NCBI GenBank assembly: GCA_963676275.1
Contig: OY781091.1
Location: 658,775 to 722,774 of the forward strand
DNA: 64,000 nucleotides
DNA from: an uncultured Cohaesibacter sp.
GTDB lineage: Bacteria; Pseudomonadota; Alphaproteobacteria; Rhizobiales; Cohaesibacteraceae
Direction: 5' to 3'
The position numbers were made by a program, and so were the translations under genes. The notes below the pieces were generated by a model, which was not told the origin of the DNA, made no database searches, and saw only the letters and a list, made by a program, of their open reading frames with translations. Position 1 is the first letter of the stretch; the number at the start of each line of letters is the position of its first letter. This document shows positions 42,398 through 54,010 of this stretch, in pieces.

Positions 42398-43024
42398 ATG
42401 ATCATTGCAATTGATGGACCGGCAGCTTCTGGCAAGGGAACCATGGCACGCAGGCTGGCCGAGCATTTCAGCTTGCCTCATCTGGATACCGGACTGACAT
42501 TCCGGGCCGTGGCGCATGCACTGCTGCAAAAGGGCAAGCCTCTCGATGATGAGGATCAGGCCGAGGCGGCGGCCCGGGCGCTTGATCTGGGAGCGCTGGA
42601 TCGCTCTGTGCTTTCTGCCCACGCCATCGGCGAGGCAGCATCAAGGGTGGCAGTCATGCCGGCGGTGCGTCAGGCCCTGCTGGAAGCCCAGAGAGATTTT
42701 GCCAATCGTCCCGGTGGTGCCATTCTCGATGGCCGCGACATCGGCACCGTCGTCTGTCCTGATGCCGATGTGAAGCTGTTTGTGACCGCCAGCGCAGAGG
42801 AGCGCGCCCGGCGCCGGACCGATGAAATCCTCGCCAAGGGGGAAGAGGCTGACTATGCGGGCATCCTTGCAGATGTGAAGAAGCGGGACGAGCGCGACCA
42901 GAACAGAGCTGTGGCTCCTCTTGTCCCTGCCCAAGATGCCCACTTGCTTGATACAACAAAATTGGATATAGAAGGCGCATTCCAGCAAGCTGTTAGGATT
43001 GTTGAGGAAAAACGCGAAAGATAA
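42398..43024 (+). CDS. cmk: cytidylate kinase
   Basis: [27 protein letters not shown] and RDERD motifs; upstream of rpsA. Confidence 0.96.
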   Translation: MIIAIDGPAASGKGTMARRLAEHFSLPHLDTGLTFRAVAHALLQKGKPLDDEDQAEAAARALDLGALDRSVLSAHAIGEAASRVAVMPAVRQALLEAQRDFANRPGGAILDGRDIGTVVCPDADVKLFVTASAEERARRRTDEILAKGEEADYAGILADVKKRDERDQNRAVAPLVPAQDAHLLDTTKLDIEGAFQQAVRIVEEKRER

Positions 43025-43360
43025 AAGAGTGGCAATCAGCGCGCTGATTGTTGCGCTTTGTGCTATGTATTCACTTGCATAAATTCCGTTATTTCTTATA
43101 ACTATCAGTCTGTTGCGTTGGGGGATGTCGCAGGCGAATTTTGCTTTTTAGGTATCTTTTCCTGTCGCCATGCCTTGGCAGGCGCTCCTTGCGAGTGCCG
43201 TTTAAAATTGAGCTCCCTACCGACCGCATACGCGCCGGACCACTCCTTTATACCAAAGGATGGACTTGTCTTTTTAATAGGACATGGTCGGGCAGGAGCA
43301 TGGTGAAACACGAACCAATTGGCGCGAGAGCCCTGAAACAGGGGTTATTTAGGAGTTTTT

Positions 43361-45058
43361 ATGAGCGATCTTAATCCGTCCATGGAAGATTTTGCCGCCC
43401 TTCTCGACGCGTCCTTTAGCGAAACCGAACCACATGAAGGTTCGGTGATCAAAGGCACCGTCGTCGGCATCGAAAAAGACATGGCTATCATCGATGTTGG
43501 CTTGAAAGTTGAAGGCCGCGTGGCACTGAAGGAGTTTGGTGCTCAGGCAAAAGACGGTGGTCTTGAGATTGGCTCCGAGGTTGAAGTCTACCTCGAGCGT
43601 ATCGAAAATGCGATGGGCGAAGCTGTTCTGTCTCGTGACAAGGCCCGCCGCGAAGAAAGCTGGGGCAAGCTGGAAAAAGCGTTCGAAGCAGAAGAAAAAG
43701 TTACCGGTACCATCTTCAACCAGGTCAAGGGTGGCTTCACCGTCGATCTGGATGGCGCCGTTGCCTTCCTGCCTCGCTCTCAGGTGGATATCCGTCCGGT
43801 TCGCGACGTGACCCCGCTGATGCATACGCCACAGCCTTTCCAGATCCTGAAAATGGACAAGCGTCGCGGCAACATTGTTGTTTCCCGTCGTGTCATTCTG
43901 GAAGAAACCCGCGCCGAACTGCGCACCGAACTGGTTCAGAACCTCAAAGAGGGTCAGACCGTCGAGGGTGTTGTCAAAAACATCACCGATTATGGTGCAT
44001 TCGTGGATCTGGGCGGCATCGACGGCCTGCTGCATGTCACCGACATTGCATGGCGCCGTATCAACCATCCGAGCGAAGTTCTGTCCATCGGCCAGACCGT
44101 CAAGGTTCAGATCGTTCGCGTCAACCAGGATACCCATCGTATTTCTCTGGGCATGAAGCAGCTTGAAGTTGACCCATGGTCTGAAATCGAGCAGCGCTAC
44201 CCGGTTGGTCAGAAATTCACCGGTCGTGTAACCAACATCACCGATTACGGCGCATTCCTCGAACTGGAACCGGGCATCGAAGGCCTGATCCACGTTTCCG
44301 AAATGTCCTGGACCAAGAAAAACGTTCATCCGGGCAAGATCGTTTCCACCTCTCAGGAAGTGGAAGTGATGATTCTGGAAGTCGATCCTGTAAAACGCCG
44401 CGTGTCTCTGGGCCTGAAACAGACCCTCGACAACCCATGGGCTGTTTTCGCAGAAAATCATCCTGCTGGCACCGTCGTCGAAGGCGAAGTCAAGAACAAG
44501 ACCGAATTCGGTCTCTTCATTGGCCTCGAAGGCGAAGTCGACGGCATGGTTCACCTGTCCGATCTGGACTGGAACCGTCCTGGCGAACAGGTTCTGGAAG
44601 AATTCAACAAGGGCGACGTTGTCAAAGCCGTTATCCTTGATGTTGATGTTGAAAAAGAACGTATCTCCCTTGGCATCAAGCAGCTTGAATCCGATCCGTT
44701 CGAAGACGCTTCCGGTGAACTGAAACGCGGTGCGATCGTATCTTGCGAAATCACCGAAGTGAAAGAGAATGGTCTGGAAGTCAAGGTTGTTGGCTCTGAC
44801 CTCACCTCCTTCATTCGTCGTGCCGATCTGGCCCGTGACCGCGCCGACCAGCGCACCGATCGCTTCCAGGTTGGTGAAACGGTTGACGCTCGCGTTACCC
44901 AGTTCGACAAGAAAAACCGCAAGCTCGGTGTTTCCATCAAGGCGCTTGAAGTTGCTGAAGAGAAAGAAGCCATTGCACAGTTCGGTTCTTCCGATGCCGG
45001 TGCTTCCCTTGGCGACATTCTCGGCGCTGCCCTTAAAGCCCGTGGCGATGACGAATAA
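43361..45058 (+). CDS. rpsA: 30S ribosomal protein S1
   Basis: Repeated S1 domains (NITDYGAF); highly biased codon usage. Confidence 0.98.
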   Translation: MSDLNPSMEDFAALLDASFSETEPHEGSVIKGTVVGIEKDMAIIDVGLKVEGRVALKEFGAQAKDGGLEIGSEVEVYLERIENAMGEAVLSRDKARREESWGKLEKAFEAEEKVTGTIFNQVKGGFTVDLDGAVAFLPRSQVDIRPVRDVTPLMHTPQPFQILKMDKRRGNIVVSRRVILEETRAELRTELVQNLKEGQTVEGVVKNITDYGAFVDLGGIDGLLHVTDIAWRRINHPSEVLSIGQTVKVQIVRVNQDTHRISLGMKQLEVDPWSEIEQRYPVGQKFTGRVTNITDYGAFLELEPGIEGLIHVSEMSWTKKNVHPGKIVSTSQEVEVMILEVDPVKRRVSLGLKQTLDNPWAVFAENHPAGTVVEGEVKNKTEFGLFIGLEGEVDGMVHLSDLDWNRPGEQVLEEFNKGDVVKAVILDVDVEKERISLGIKQLESDPFEDASGELKRGAIVSCEITEVKENGLEVKVVGSDLTSFIRRADLARDRADQRTDRFQVGETVDARVTQFDKKNRKLGVSIKALEVAEEKEAIAQFGSSDAGASLGDILGAALKARGDDE

Positions 45059-45095
45059 GTCGCACTTGCTATAAGTGATCTTGTAAATAATGCGG

Positions 45096-45132
45096 ATGCC
45101 GCAGGTGATAAAACCTGCGGCATTTTTATTTT
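45096..45132 (+). terminator. rho-independent terminator after rpsA
   Basis: ATGCCGCAGGT-gataaa-ACCTGCGGCAT followed by a T run. Confidence 0.85.
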
Positions 45133-45238
45133 GCTATTTCTTTTCAAACTCTTTTTAGAAAGCGCCCCTATATTGCCGTTGCAAATTATGTCGTCGCGGG
45201 CGATAAATCATCAAGGAACAGTCTGAGGAAACCCCACC

Positions 45239-46204
45239 ATGTCTTTCGATTTGGATCATTTGGTCGAGCGTCGCCAGCTCAAGCGCAAGCTTTCAGTCTG
45301 GCGTATTGTGGCCGTGCTGACGTTGATCATACTCGTCGCAGCTGCATCGCTCTCATTTGTCATGGATGATTCAGAATTGTCCCACAAGAGCGATCATATC
45401 GCCAAGATTGTCTTTGCAGGCACCATTCTTGGACAGGATCGCAAGATCAAGCTGATCCGTCAGGTGGCCGCATCAGACAAGGTCAAAGGGGTGATCGTCT
45501 CGATCAATAGCCCCGGTGGTGCAACCTCCGGAGGTGAGGCCATCTATGAAGAGCTGCAAAAGCTGGGCAAGAAAAAGCCTGTCGTCGCCAGTATGGATGC
45601 AATGGCGGCCTCAGCCGGATATATGATCGCGCTGCCCACCGAACGGATCTTTGCCCGCCGCACATCGATTACCGGTTCCATTGGTGTGCTCTTCCAATAT
45701 ACCGATATTACAAAACTGATGGACACGGTCGGCGTCGAGATGCGCTCCATCAAGAGCGCTCCTATGAAAGCCGAGCCGAACCCGTTTTCACGCAGGAATC
45801 CGGAAGCCGAAGCCATGATCGCCCGGATGATTGATGATTCTTTCCAATGGTTTGTGGATCTTGTGGCGGAAAATAGACCCTTTGACAGGGCGCGGGCTCT
45901 TGAACTGGCCGATGGACGCGTTGTCACAGGGGGGCAGGCGCTGGAGCTACAGCTCGTCGATGAACTCGGAGGTCCTGAGGATGCAAAGAACTGGTTGATT
46001 CAAAAGCATAATTTGGATAAGAATCTGAAGATCGTTGAATGGAAACCGGAGCCGATCAGCCAGAGCTTCCCGTTTGGTTTTGCAAGTGAGATGCTTTCCA
46101 GCTGGGTTCCTCAACCAATTATTGACCTATTTGCCCAACGAAATAGCGCGGTTCAACTTGACGGACTGGTTTCAGTTTGGCAGGCTCAAAAAAACGAACA
46201 ATAA
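45239..46204 (+). CDS. sppA: signal peptide peptidase SppA
   Basis: INSPGG, MAASAGY, ITGSIGV and DELGG motifs. Confidence 0.94.
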   Translation: MSFDLDHLVERRQLKRKLSVWRIVAVLTLIILVAAASLSFVMDDSELSHKSDHIAKIVFAGTILGQDRKIKLIRQVAASDKVKGVIVSINSPGGATSGGEAIYEELQKLGKKKPVVASMDAMAASAGYMIALPTERIFARRTSITGSIGVLFQYTDITKLMDTVGVEMRSIKSAPMKAEPNPFSRRNPEAEAMIARMIDDSFQWFVDLVAENRPFDRARALELADGRVVTGGQALELQLVDELGGPEDAKNWLIQKHNLDKNLKIVEWKPEPISQSFPFGFASEMLSSWVPQPIIDLFAQRNSAVQLDGLVSVWQAQKNEQ

Positions 46205-46287
46205 GAGCATTTTACGCTTAATATTATGTTGGGATCTGCTCGAAGGTAAATTGAATCTGTTTGGGTAGCAATGAAGGGGAGCGGACG

Positions 46288-46581
46288 ATGATCAAGTCCG
46301 AATTGGTACAACATATCGCAGAACAAAACCCGCATCTCTATCAGAGAGATGTCGAACATATTGTGAATGCCATTCTTGACGAGATTTCCGACGCTCTGGC
46401 GCGCGGCGATCGGGTCGAGTTGCGCGGCTTCGGTGCCTTCTCGGTGAAGAACCGTCCGGCACGCATCGGTCGCAATCCGCGCACCGGTGAGAAAGTCCCG
46501 GTGGCTGAAAAATATGTTCCTTTCTTTAAAACCGGCAAGGAAATGCGTGAACGCCTCAATGACGGGGACGGAAGCGAATAA
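46288..46581 (+). CDS. ihfB: integration host factor beta subunit
   Basis: [17 protein letters not shown] and GRNPRTGE motifs. Confidence 0.96.
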   Translation: MIKSELVQHIAEQNPHLYQRDVEHIVNAILDEISDALARGDRVELRGFGAFSVKNRPARIGRNPRTGEKVPVAEKYVPFFKTGKEMRERLNDGDGSE

Positions 46582-46611
46582 GCCTGCCGATCAAGACTGG
46601 AATTCCCGATT

Positions 46612-47001
46612 ATGAAAATAATCAAACGCTTTCTGCAGCTCATCATTCTGGTGCCTTTCGCCATTGTGGTGATTTCTCTGGCGGTGGCCAATCGACATAC
46701 TGTGAAGCTGGCTCTGGATCCGTTTTCTCCCGAGCAGCCGGTTCTCGATTTCACCGTGCCGCTTTATGTGGTGATTTTCGGCGCATTGCTGGTGGGCATC
46801 TTCATTGGCGGTTTCATGGCCTGGATGAAGCAGGGGCGCCACCGCAAGGCGGCACGCGAGAAACGCTATGAAGCGCAGAAATGGCGCAATGAGGCAGATC
46901 GTCAGCAGAAGCGGATCGAGAAAATGGCCGCCGATCCGAGAAGTGATCTTCCGGCTCTGCCCGCAGCAACAGGCACCGCTGTCACCAAGGTTGCCATGTA
47001 A
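46612..47001 (+). CDS. LapA-family membrane protein
   Basis: Two TM segments, AVANRH...LDPF, follows ihfB. Confidence 0.8.
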   Translation: MKIIKRFLQLIILVPFAIVVISLAVANRHTVKLALDPFSPEQPVLDFTVPLYVVIFGALLVGIFIGGFMAWMKQGRHRKAAREKRYEAQKWRNEADRQQKRIEKMAADPRSDLPALPAATGTAVTKVAM

Positions 47002-47301
47002 CCTGTAGCCTGAGGCTCATGAGAGCGGGGCGCACAGCATGTTGCGATGCAAATGTCGATGCTCGGCAGGTAAGGCTGCCGTGTGGCGACATGGAGATTA
47101 TGCCAGCCCGCGCGGCTGGCATTTCTGTTTTCTGCTGCCGGTTGAATTTGTGGTAGATATGGATTGGCTGGCTTGCGCAATCGGTGTGCAAGGAGAAAGG
47201 GCGCGGCTTTCCCGCTGGCCGGACAGGTCATGCTGAGCGAGGATGCTGACGGCCCTCAGCCGGGGCGAAACGACAAAGCCATTGCAAGGAAGGGTTTCTC
47301 A

Positions 47302-47955
47302 ATGTATGTAAAGATATGCGGGCTGTCGACGCCGGAGGCTATCGAGACCGGCCTGCAATGTGGTGCCAACTGGATTGGATTTGTATTCTTTCCGAAAAGC
47401 CCGAGGCATGTGGATTATGGGAAAGCGAAGGAACTGGTGGGTCCGGTACGCGGCAAAGCGTCCATAGTAGCCCTCACTGTCAATGCGAGTGACGATGAGC
47501 TTGAGGCCATCGACCGGTCGATCAATCCCGATATCTGGCAATTGCACGGCACGGAAACACCTGAGCGTGTTTCGCACATCAGAGCATGTTTCCAACGCCC
47601 GGTCATGAAAGCCCTGTCCATTCGGGATGAAGCGGATCTCGCCCCCATAGCTGCCTATGAGGATGTGTGCGATATCCTGCTGTTTGACGCCAAACCTCCC
47701 CGTGACATGAAGACGGATCTTCCCGGGGGCAACGGCATCACCTTCGACTGGCGCCTGATCCAGAATCTCAAGCTCAAGAAACCATTCGTCCTGTCAGGGG
47801 GCCTCAATCCCGACAATGTCGCCGAGGCCATTCGTCTGACCCGCCCGCAGGGAGTGGATGTCTCCTCGGGCATAGAAAGCGCGCCGGGCGTCAAGGACCG
47901 GCAGAAAATCATGGATTTCGTCCGTGCCGCAAAGGAAGCCGCCAAAGAGCTGTAA
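47302..47955 (+). CDS. trpF: phosphoribosylanthranilate isomerase
   Basis: VKICG, SPRHV, QLHGTE, GGNG and VDVSSGIE motifs. Confidence 0.95.
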   Translation: MYVKICGLSTPEAIETGLQCGANWIGFVFFPKSPRHVDYGKAKELVGPVRGKASIVALTVNASDDELEAIDRSINPDIWQLHGTETPERVSHIRACFQRPVMKALSIRDEADLAPIAAYEDVCDILLFDAKPPRDMKTDLPGGNGITFDWRLIQNLKLKKPFVLSGGLNPDNVAEAIRLTRPQGVDVSSGIESAPGVKDRQKIMDFVRAAKEAAKEL

Positions 47956-48006
47956 AGCCAAGGGAGTGCGGTCAGGCATGGACAGCTTTTGAACAAGGAA
48001 GCAAGT

Positions 48007-49239
48007 ATGACTGACCCGACCTCTTTGCCCAACAGCGTCAGCCAGGGCCCCGATGATCGCGGCTTTTTCGGCATATATGGCGGGCGTTTCGTCTCTGAAA
48101 CCCTGATGCCGCTCATTCTCGATCTGGACAAGGCCTATCGCGAGGCCAAGGAAGATCCCGAATTCCACGCCCAACTGGCCAAGCTGCACAAGGATTATGT
48201 CGGCCGCCAGAGCCCGCTCTATTTCGCCGAGCGCCTGACCGAGCATCTTGGCGGCGCCAAGATCTATCTCAAGCGCGAAGAGCTGAACCATACCGGCAGC
48301 CACAAGATCAACAATTGCCTCGGCCAGATCCTTTTGGCCAAACGCATGGGTAAGACCCGCATCATCGCCGAAACCGGTGCCGGTCAGCATGGTGTGGCAA
48401 CGGCCACCGTCTGCGCCCGTTTCGGTTTCCCCTGCGAGGTCTATATGGGCGCAACCGACGTCGAGCGGCAGGCCCCGAATGTCTTTCGCATGAATCTTCT
48501 GGGCGGAGTGGTCCATCCGGTCACCGCCGGAGCCGGTACCCTGAAGGACGCCATGAATGAGGCCCTGCGCGACTGGGTGACCAATGTCGAGGATACCTAT
48601 TATATCATCGGCACCGCCGCCGGTCCGCATCCCTATCCGATGATGGTGCGCGACTTCCAGTCGATCATCGGGCAGGAGACAAAGGAGCAGATGCTGGCTG
48701 CCGAAGGGCGACTGCCAGACATGCTCTGCGCCTGCCTTGGTGGCGGCTCCAACGCCATCGGCCTGTTTCATCCCTTCCTAGAGGACAAGGATGTGCAGAT
48801 TGTTGGTGTCGAAGCAGCCGGTTACGGCCTTGATACCGATCAGCATTGTGCCTCGCTCAATGCTGGCAAGCCGGGCGTGCTGCATGGCAACCGCACCTAT
48901 CTCTTGCAAGATCCGGACGGCCAGATTCTCGAAGGCCATTCCATCTCTGCCGGGCTCGACTATCCGGGCATCGGGCCGGAGCATTCCTATCTGCGTGACA
49001 CGGGGCGGGTCGAATATGTCTCGGCAACCGACACCGAGGCGCTGGAAGCCTTCCAGCTTCTCTGCCAGACCGAAGGGATCATTCCTGCGCTTGAAAGCTC
49101 CCATGCCATTGCCGAAGTCATCAAGCGGGCTCCGACCATGGACAAGGACCAGATCATCGTCGTCAACCTTTCCGGTCGTGGCGACAAGGATGTCAACACC
49201 GTGAGCAAGTTTCTCGGCAAGGGCCCCCTTGCGGAATAG
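48007..49239 (+). CDS. trpB: tryptophan synthase beta chain
   Basis: [17 protein letters not shown] and SAGLDYPG motifs. Confidence 0.98.
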   Translation: MTDPTSLPNSVSQGPDDRGFFGIYGGRFVSETLMPLILDLDKAYREAKEDPEFHAQLAKLHKDYVGRQSPLYFAERLTEHLGGAKIYLKREELNHTGSHKINNCLGQILLAKRMGKTRIIAETGAGQHGVATATVCARFGFPCEVYMGATDVERQAPNVFRMNLLGGVVHPVTAGAGTLKDAMNEALRDWVTNVEDTYYIIGTAAGPHPYPMMVRDFQSIIGQETKEQMLAAEGRLPDMLCACLGGGSNAIGLFHPFLEDKDVQIVGVEAAGYGLDTDQHCASLNAGKPGVLHGNRTYLLQDPDGQILEGHSISAGLDYPGIGPEHSYLRDTGRVEYVSATDTEALEAFQLLCQTEGIIPALESSHAIAEVIKRAPTMDKDQIIVVNLSGRGDKDVNTVSKFLGKGPLAE

Positions 49240-49257
49240 ATGCAGGAGCAAAGAGCA

Positions 49258-50088
49258 ATGGAAAAAACACGCATTGATACCCGCTTTGCCACCTGCAAAG
49301 CCGAAAAACGCGCCGCCCTTGTGGGTTTCATCACCGCTGGCGACCCGGATCTGGAAACCTCGCTGGAAATTCTGAAGGCACTGCCCAAGGCCGGCGTCGA
49401 CGTGATCGAGCTGGGCATGCCCTTCTCCGATCCCATGGCCGAGGGCGTCCCGATCCAGCTGGCCACCCAGCGGGCGCTGGCAGGTGGTCACACCATGGCA
49501 AAGACCTTCGACATGGTGCGCGCATTCCGCAAGCAGGATAATGAAACCCCGATCATCCTCATGGGCTACTATAATCCAATCTATATCCGCGATCCGAAAG
49601 TCTTTGTAAAAGACGCCAAGGCAGCCGGAGTGGATGGTCTGATTGTGGTTGACGTGCCTCCCGAGCATGATGACGAGCTGTGCCTTCCGGCAAGAGAGGC
49701 TGGCGTCAATTTCATCCGGCTGGCAACGCCGACGACCGACGCCAAGCGCCTGCCGCAGGTTTTGGCCAACACATCGGGCTTTGTCTATTATGTCTCGGTC
49801 ACCGGCATCACCGGCACCGGGGCGCTTGATGCTGACAAGGTGGCCATCGCTGTCAAGGCCATCAAGGAGCATACCGAATTGCCGGTAGCCGTCGGCTTCG
49901 GGGTCAAGACCCCCGAGCAGGCCGAAGCGGTCGGCCGAAATGCCGATGGCGTCGTGGTCGGCTCCGTCCTTGTCAATGCCATCAAGGACAGCCTTGATGC
50001 TGAAGGCAGGGCGACGGACAAGACCGTCTCGGCTGTGACCGACATCGTGACGGGATTGGCCGAAGGCTGCAAACGCGCCAAGGCTTAA
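49258..50088 (+). CDS. trpA: tryptophan synthase alpha chain
   Basis: [18 protein letters not shown] and VGFG motifs. Confidence 0.97.
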   Translation: MEKTRIDTRFATCKAEKRAALVGFITAGDPDLETSLEILKALPKAGVDVIELGMPFSDPMAEGVPIQLATQRALAGGHTMAKTFDMVRAFRKQDNETPIILMGYYNPIYIRDPKVFVKDAKAAGVDGLIVVDVPPEHDDELCLPAREAGVNFIRLATPTTDAKRLPQVLANTSGFVYYVSVTGITGTGALDADKVAIAVKAIKEHTELPVAVGFGVKTPEQAEAVGRNADGVVVGSVLVNAIKDSLDAEGRATDKTVSAVTDIVTGLAEGCKRAKA

Positions 50089-50116
50089 GGCGCCACGCCA
50101 GATTGAAGAGATGATG

Positions 50117-50144
50117 AAGCCCCGGCTTACAGGCCGGGGCTTTT
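50117..50144 (+). terminator. rho-independent terminator after trpA
   Basis: AAGCCCCGGC-ttacag-GCCGGGGCTT followed by TT. Confidence 0.8.
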
Positions 50145-50482
50145 GTACAAGATGAAGATGGAGCTGGGATCGGGCCTTGCGGCTCTTGTTGTTAATCCTG
50201 AGGCGAAAAAAAGCTGTGCGTGCCTTATTTGGGCGTGTGCTGACCACAATTGAATGCTAATCCTGCAATTTCGAAAGTGTCTACGCCGGATATACCGTTC
50301 ATGGTCGTGCAAGGCTTCATAGCTGTTTGCAGGGATCGACGCCAACTGTGACAAGGCCTAGACTAATATCAGGCCTTGCTACCATCAGATTGCATCCATG
50401 GCTGCAATAGGCTAAGACAGGAAAGCAAAGGCGAGGGCGGCCTCGTCATGACTGTTTCAAGACTTAAAGCAGGAATTGGTTC

Positions 50483-51595
50483 GTGAACTGGATTAACACT
50501 GTCGTTCGACCGAAAATTCGTTCGTTTTTGAATCGCCGGGATGTCCCGGAGAATCTCTGGATCAAGGATCCGGTCACCGGTGAAATGGTGTTCCACAGGG
50601 ACCTTGAAAACAATCAGTATGTCGTTCCCAATTCCAACTTCCACATGCGGATCAACGCTGCCCAGCGGTTCCAGTATCTGTTCGATAATGGCGACTATTC
50701 CCTGCTGGAAGCTCCGGACGTTGCCGAGGATCCGCTGAAATTCCGTGACATCAAACGCTATTCAGAGCGCCTGAAAGAGGCGCGCTCCAAGACCGGCTAC
50801 AAGGATGCCGTGCAAGTGGCGCAGGGCGATGTCGAAGGCCTGTTGCTGACGGTTGCTGTTCAGGATCCCAATTTCATGATCGGCACATTGGGCATGGCTG
50901 CCGGTGAGGCGCTGATCGAAGGCATGATGAAGGCCGTGGAAGATGAAACCCCCTTCATCCTTTTCTCTGCGTCCGGCGGGGCTCGCATGCAGGAGAGTAT
51001 TCTTTCGCTCATGCAGATGCCGCGTGTGACCATCGCCGTGCAGGCGCTGCGCGAGGCCGGGTTGCCCTATATCGTTGTTTTGACCGACCCTACCACCGGC
51101 GGGGTGACCGCATCCTACGCGATGCTTGGTGATATCCATCTTGCCGAGCCCGGTGCGCTCATCGGTTTTGCCGGTCAGCGCGTGATCGAGCAGACCATTC
51201 GCGAGAAGCTGCCCGACGGCTTCCAGCGCGCCGAATATCTCAAGGATCACGGCATGGTCGACATGGTTGTCCATCGCCATGACCTGAAAAAGGTCATCGC
51301 GCGCCTCTGCCGCTTCTTCACCAACACCGACGTGCCCGAAGAGCTGGTCAAGGAATTGACCTCGGAGCAGGCTGCCATTGAAAAAGCCATGGCTGATATT
51401 GCTGACAATATGGCCGATGCGCAAAAGCCTGATGCGCAGGCCAAGGCCGCCGCGGCGAAAAATACCGCTGCCAAGGCAGCCGCGCCCAAGGCACCCCTGA
51501 CCATGACTGCCGCGCCCATGACAGCCCAACCCGATGATCCAAAGGTTGCCGGAAAGAATGACAAGGGCGCAGGGGCAGCCAAGAAAGCCGACTGA
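50483..51595 (+). CDS. accD: acetyl-CoA carboxylase carboxyltransferase beta subunit with Ala/Lys-rich C-terminal extension
   Basis: [20 protein letters not shown] and [11 protein letters not shown] motifs; GTG start. Confidence 0.96.
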   Translation: MNWINTVVRPKIRSFLNRRDVPENLWIKDPVTGEMVFHRDLENNQYVVPNSNFHMRINAAQRFQYLFDNGDYSLLEAPDVAEDPLKFRDIKRYSERLKEARSKTGYKDAVQVAQGDVEGLLLTVAVQDPNFMIGTLGMAAGEALIEGMMKAVEDETPFILFSASGGARMQESILSLMQMPRVTIAVQALREAGLPYIVVLTDPTTGGVTASYAMLGDIHLAEPGALIGFAGQRVIEQTIREKLPDGFQRAEYLKDHGMVDMVVHRHDLKKVIARLCRFFTNTDVPEELVKELTSEQAAIEKAMADIADNMADAQKPDAQAKAAAAKNTAAKAAAPKAPLTMTAAPMTAQPDDPKVAGKNDKGAGAAKKAD

Positions 51596-51849
51596 CCAGC
51601 CATTCTTGCCCGCTGACAGCGGCGCTGCTGCTGATGTCGCCCTGTATCGGGGTTTGGGCGCGCCCTCAGCGAGCCTGACGAAATAATGCAAACGACATCC
51701 TGGGCCTTAAAGCTCGGGATGTTATTGCGTCGGGGCCACCGGTTTTGCGCGGCCCTCCTGCCTTGAGAAGAAGAGTATGGCTCCGGTTCTGCTGGCATGA
51801 ATATGCAAGGCCTGCTTTGATTTCTCCATCTGGATTGCGATAATAGACG

Positions 51850-53160
51850 ATGACCGAACAGACAGAAGCCATTCTGGAGCGCCTTGTCGGGCTCCATCCC
51901 AAAAGTATAGACCTGGAACTGGGGCGTATTGAGCGACTGCTGTCCAAGTTGGGGAACCCGCATCTTTCCCTTCCTCCCACCATTCATATTGCCGGCACCA
52001 ACGGCAAGGGATCCACATCGGCCTTTTTGCGCGCTATGACGGAAGCCGCTGGCAAGAAGGTGCATGTCTATACCTCGCCGCATCTTGTGAATTTTCGCGA
52101 GCGCATCCGCCTTGCTGGCGTGCTGGTCTCCGACGAAATTCTGATCGACGCCTTGCATCGCTGCGAAGAGGCCAATGACGGCGAGCCGATTACCCTTTTT
52201 GAAATCACCACCACGGCAGCCTTTCTGCTCTTTTCCGAGCATCCTGCCGACCTGCTGATTCTGGAAGTGGGGTTAGGTGGGCGTTTTGACGCGACCAATG
52301 TCATCAAGGACCCGCTGGCGACGGTTATCACCCCGATTGCCCATGATCATGAGGGCTTTTTCGGTTCCAAAATTTCCCGCATTGCCTGGGAAAAGGCCGG
52401 TATCATGAAAAAGGGCATTGCCGCCATCTGGGCGCAACAGGAAGAAGAGGTGCGCTCGGTTCTTGAAGCCGAGGCCGCAAAGGTTGGCGCTCATCCCCTC
52501 TCCATCGGTGGTCAGGACTGGATGAGCTATGAGGAACATGGCAGCCTGATCTTTCAGGGAGAGAGCGGCCTGATGGATCTGCCTTTGCCCCGACTGGGCG
52601 GGCGCCATCAATTGTCCAATGCAGGAACAGCCATTGCGACGATCAAGCAGGTTCTGCCGGAAATCACCGACGAACAGATTGCCAAGGGCCTGACAACGGT
52701 CGATTGGCCTGCACGCCTGCAGCGTCTCACCAGCGGTGCGTTGTTTGATCTTCTGCCCAAGGGCTCCGAATTCTGGCTCGATGGTGGGCATAATCCTCAT
52801 GCCGGTCTCGCCGTGGCTTCGGCCTTTGCCGATCTGGAAGAAAAGGCCCCGCGTGCGCTGCATATGATTGTCGGCATGCTCAACACCAAGGATCCGGCTG
52901 GCTATTTTGCTCCCTTCAAGGGGCTGGCCAAGGATATCATCACTGTGCCGATTGAAGGCAATGATGCAGCGCTGGATCCGGTGGAACTGGCGCAGATTGC
53001 CCAGCAGGCCGGAATTCCCGCCTCTGCTGCGGGCTCTGTTGAAGAAGCCTTCAAGCGCCTCACTCTGATGAATATGAAACCGGCCCCCAGAATATTGGTC
53101 GGCGGTTCGCTCTATCTGGCGGGCAATATTCTCAGGGATAATGGCACCCTGCCGCAATAG
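51850..53160 (+). CDS. folC: folylpolyglutamate synthase/dihydrofolate synthase
   Basis: IAGTNGKGS, YTSPHL, EVGLGGRFDATN and DGGHN motifs. Confidence 0.97.
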   Translation: MTEQTEAILERLVGLHPKSIDLELGRIERLLSKLGNPHLSLPPTIHIAGTNGKGSTSAFLRAMTEAAGKKVHVYTSPHLVNFRERIRLAGVLVSDEILIDALHRCEEANDGEPITLFEITTTAAFLLFSEHPADLLILEVGLGGRFDATNVIKDPLATVITPIAHDHEGFFGSKISRIAWEKAGIMKKGIAAIWAQQEEEVRSVLEAEAAKVGAHPLSIGGQDWMSYEEHGSLIFQGESGLMDLPLPRLGGRHQLSNAGTAIATIKQVLPEITDEQIAKGLTTVDWPARLQRLTSGALFDLLPKGSEFWLDGGHNPHAGLAVASAFADLEEKAPRALHMIVGMLNTKDPAGYFAPFKGLAKDIITVPIEGNDAALDPVELAQIAQQAGIPASAAGSVEEAFKRLTLMNMKPAPRILVGGSLYLAGNILRDNGTLPQ

Positions 53161-53590
53161 CGCCTCGCCAAACACAATCCAGATATCCTCTGCGATGCTG
53201 CGTCATATCGTGCGCGTCGGGCCAAAGCCTTGCACGATACCCTTTGATCTGGCTTGGGAGCCTGCCGCTCTGCCTCTTGCGCATCTCTGTTCCGGTGTGA
53301 GCCATGCGTTGGCCGCAGCGCGCAGGCCTTTTTGCGCTTCATGCGTCAAGACCTAAAATATTTATATCGATATAAATGATTTTCTTGCCCGCCAGATTGT
53401 GCGTAATTCGAGTCTTGGCGGGTGTTTTGCGGGTAGATTTGCACCGGGCAGCGAAGGTTTTGAACCGGTCCGCATCAGATTCTGATGCAAATTTGTCGAA
53501 TTGAGGAAAACACTTACTTCCTTAGTTTAGTATAGAGGGATTTTTAAGTCATTGAATTATAATGAAAAATTCTCCTTAAAAATCGAGACT

Positions 53591-53657
53591 TGCATAAAAT
53601 GCATGTCTAAAAAAATAGGTAGGCAGGAATTGCATGAACGGCAAGACAGCTATGCAA
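53591..53657. promoter_or_regulatory. candidate LysR-type boxes upstream of the DUF1127 gene
   Basis: TGCAT-aaa-ATGCA (T-N11-A) at 53591-53603 and TTGCAT-N16-ATGCAA at 53630-53657. Confidence 0.45.
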
Positions 53658-53799
53658 ACTTGAGGGGTGTAATTTTCTCAGCCATGTTCTATATACATAT
53701 TCAAGAAAGCGATGAGGAACTTTAAAACGAGTTACAAACCCGACGCTTTCGAAGAGCAGTTGAACCTGAAATGCCACATAGCAACAAAGGATGACGACA

Positions 53800-53955
53800 A
53801 TGATGAACACTGTTGTGAAGAACTACCGTCAGTGGCGCAACTACCGTGACACTGTTGAAGAACTGAACCGTTTGAGCAACCGCGATCTTAACGATCTGGG
53901 TATCTCCCGTTCGGACATCAGCGAGATTGCACGCGAAGCTGCAGCTGCAAAATAA
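53800..53955 (+). CDS. DUF1127 small protein (51 aa; below the ORF-track cutoff)
   Basis: MMNTVVKNYRQWRNYRDTVEELNRLSNRDLNDLGISRSDISEIAREAAAAK; the L..LS.R.L.DLGISR.DI signature; RBS AAAGG. Confidence 0.92.
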   Translation: MMNTVVKNYRQWRNYRDTVEELNRLSNRDLNDLGISRSDISEIAREAAAAK

Positions 53956-54010
53956 AAAAGTCTTTCGCTGACGATCAAAAGTCAAAGCGAAAGCCACGAG
54001 TTTCTAGAAT

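Noticed and set aside
43030-43360. Structured rpsA leader RNA
   Set aside because: Plausible from position, but I could not establish a fold or family from the sequence by eye.
47002-47301. trp attenuator or leader peptide before trpF
   Set aside because: No short Trp-codon-rich leader with a terminator/antiterminator pair was evident.
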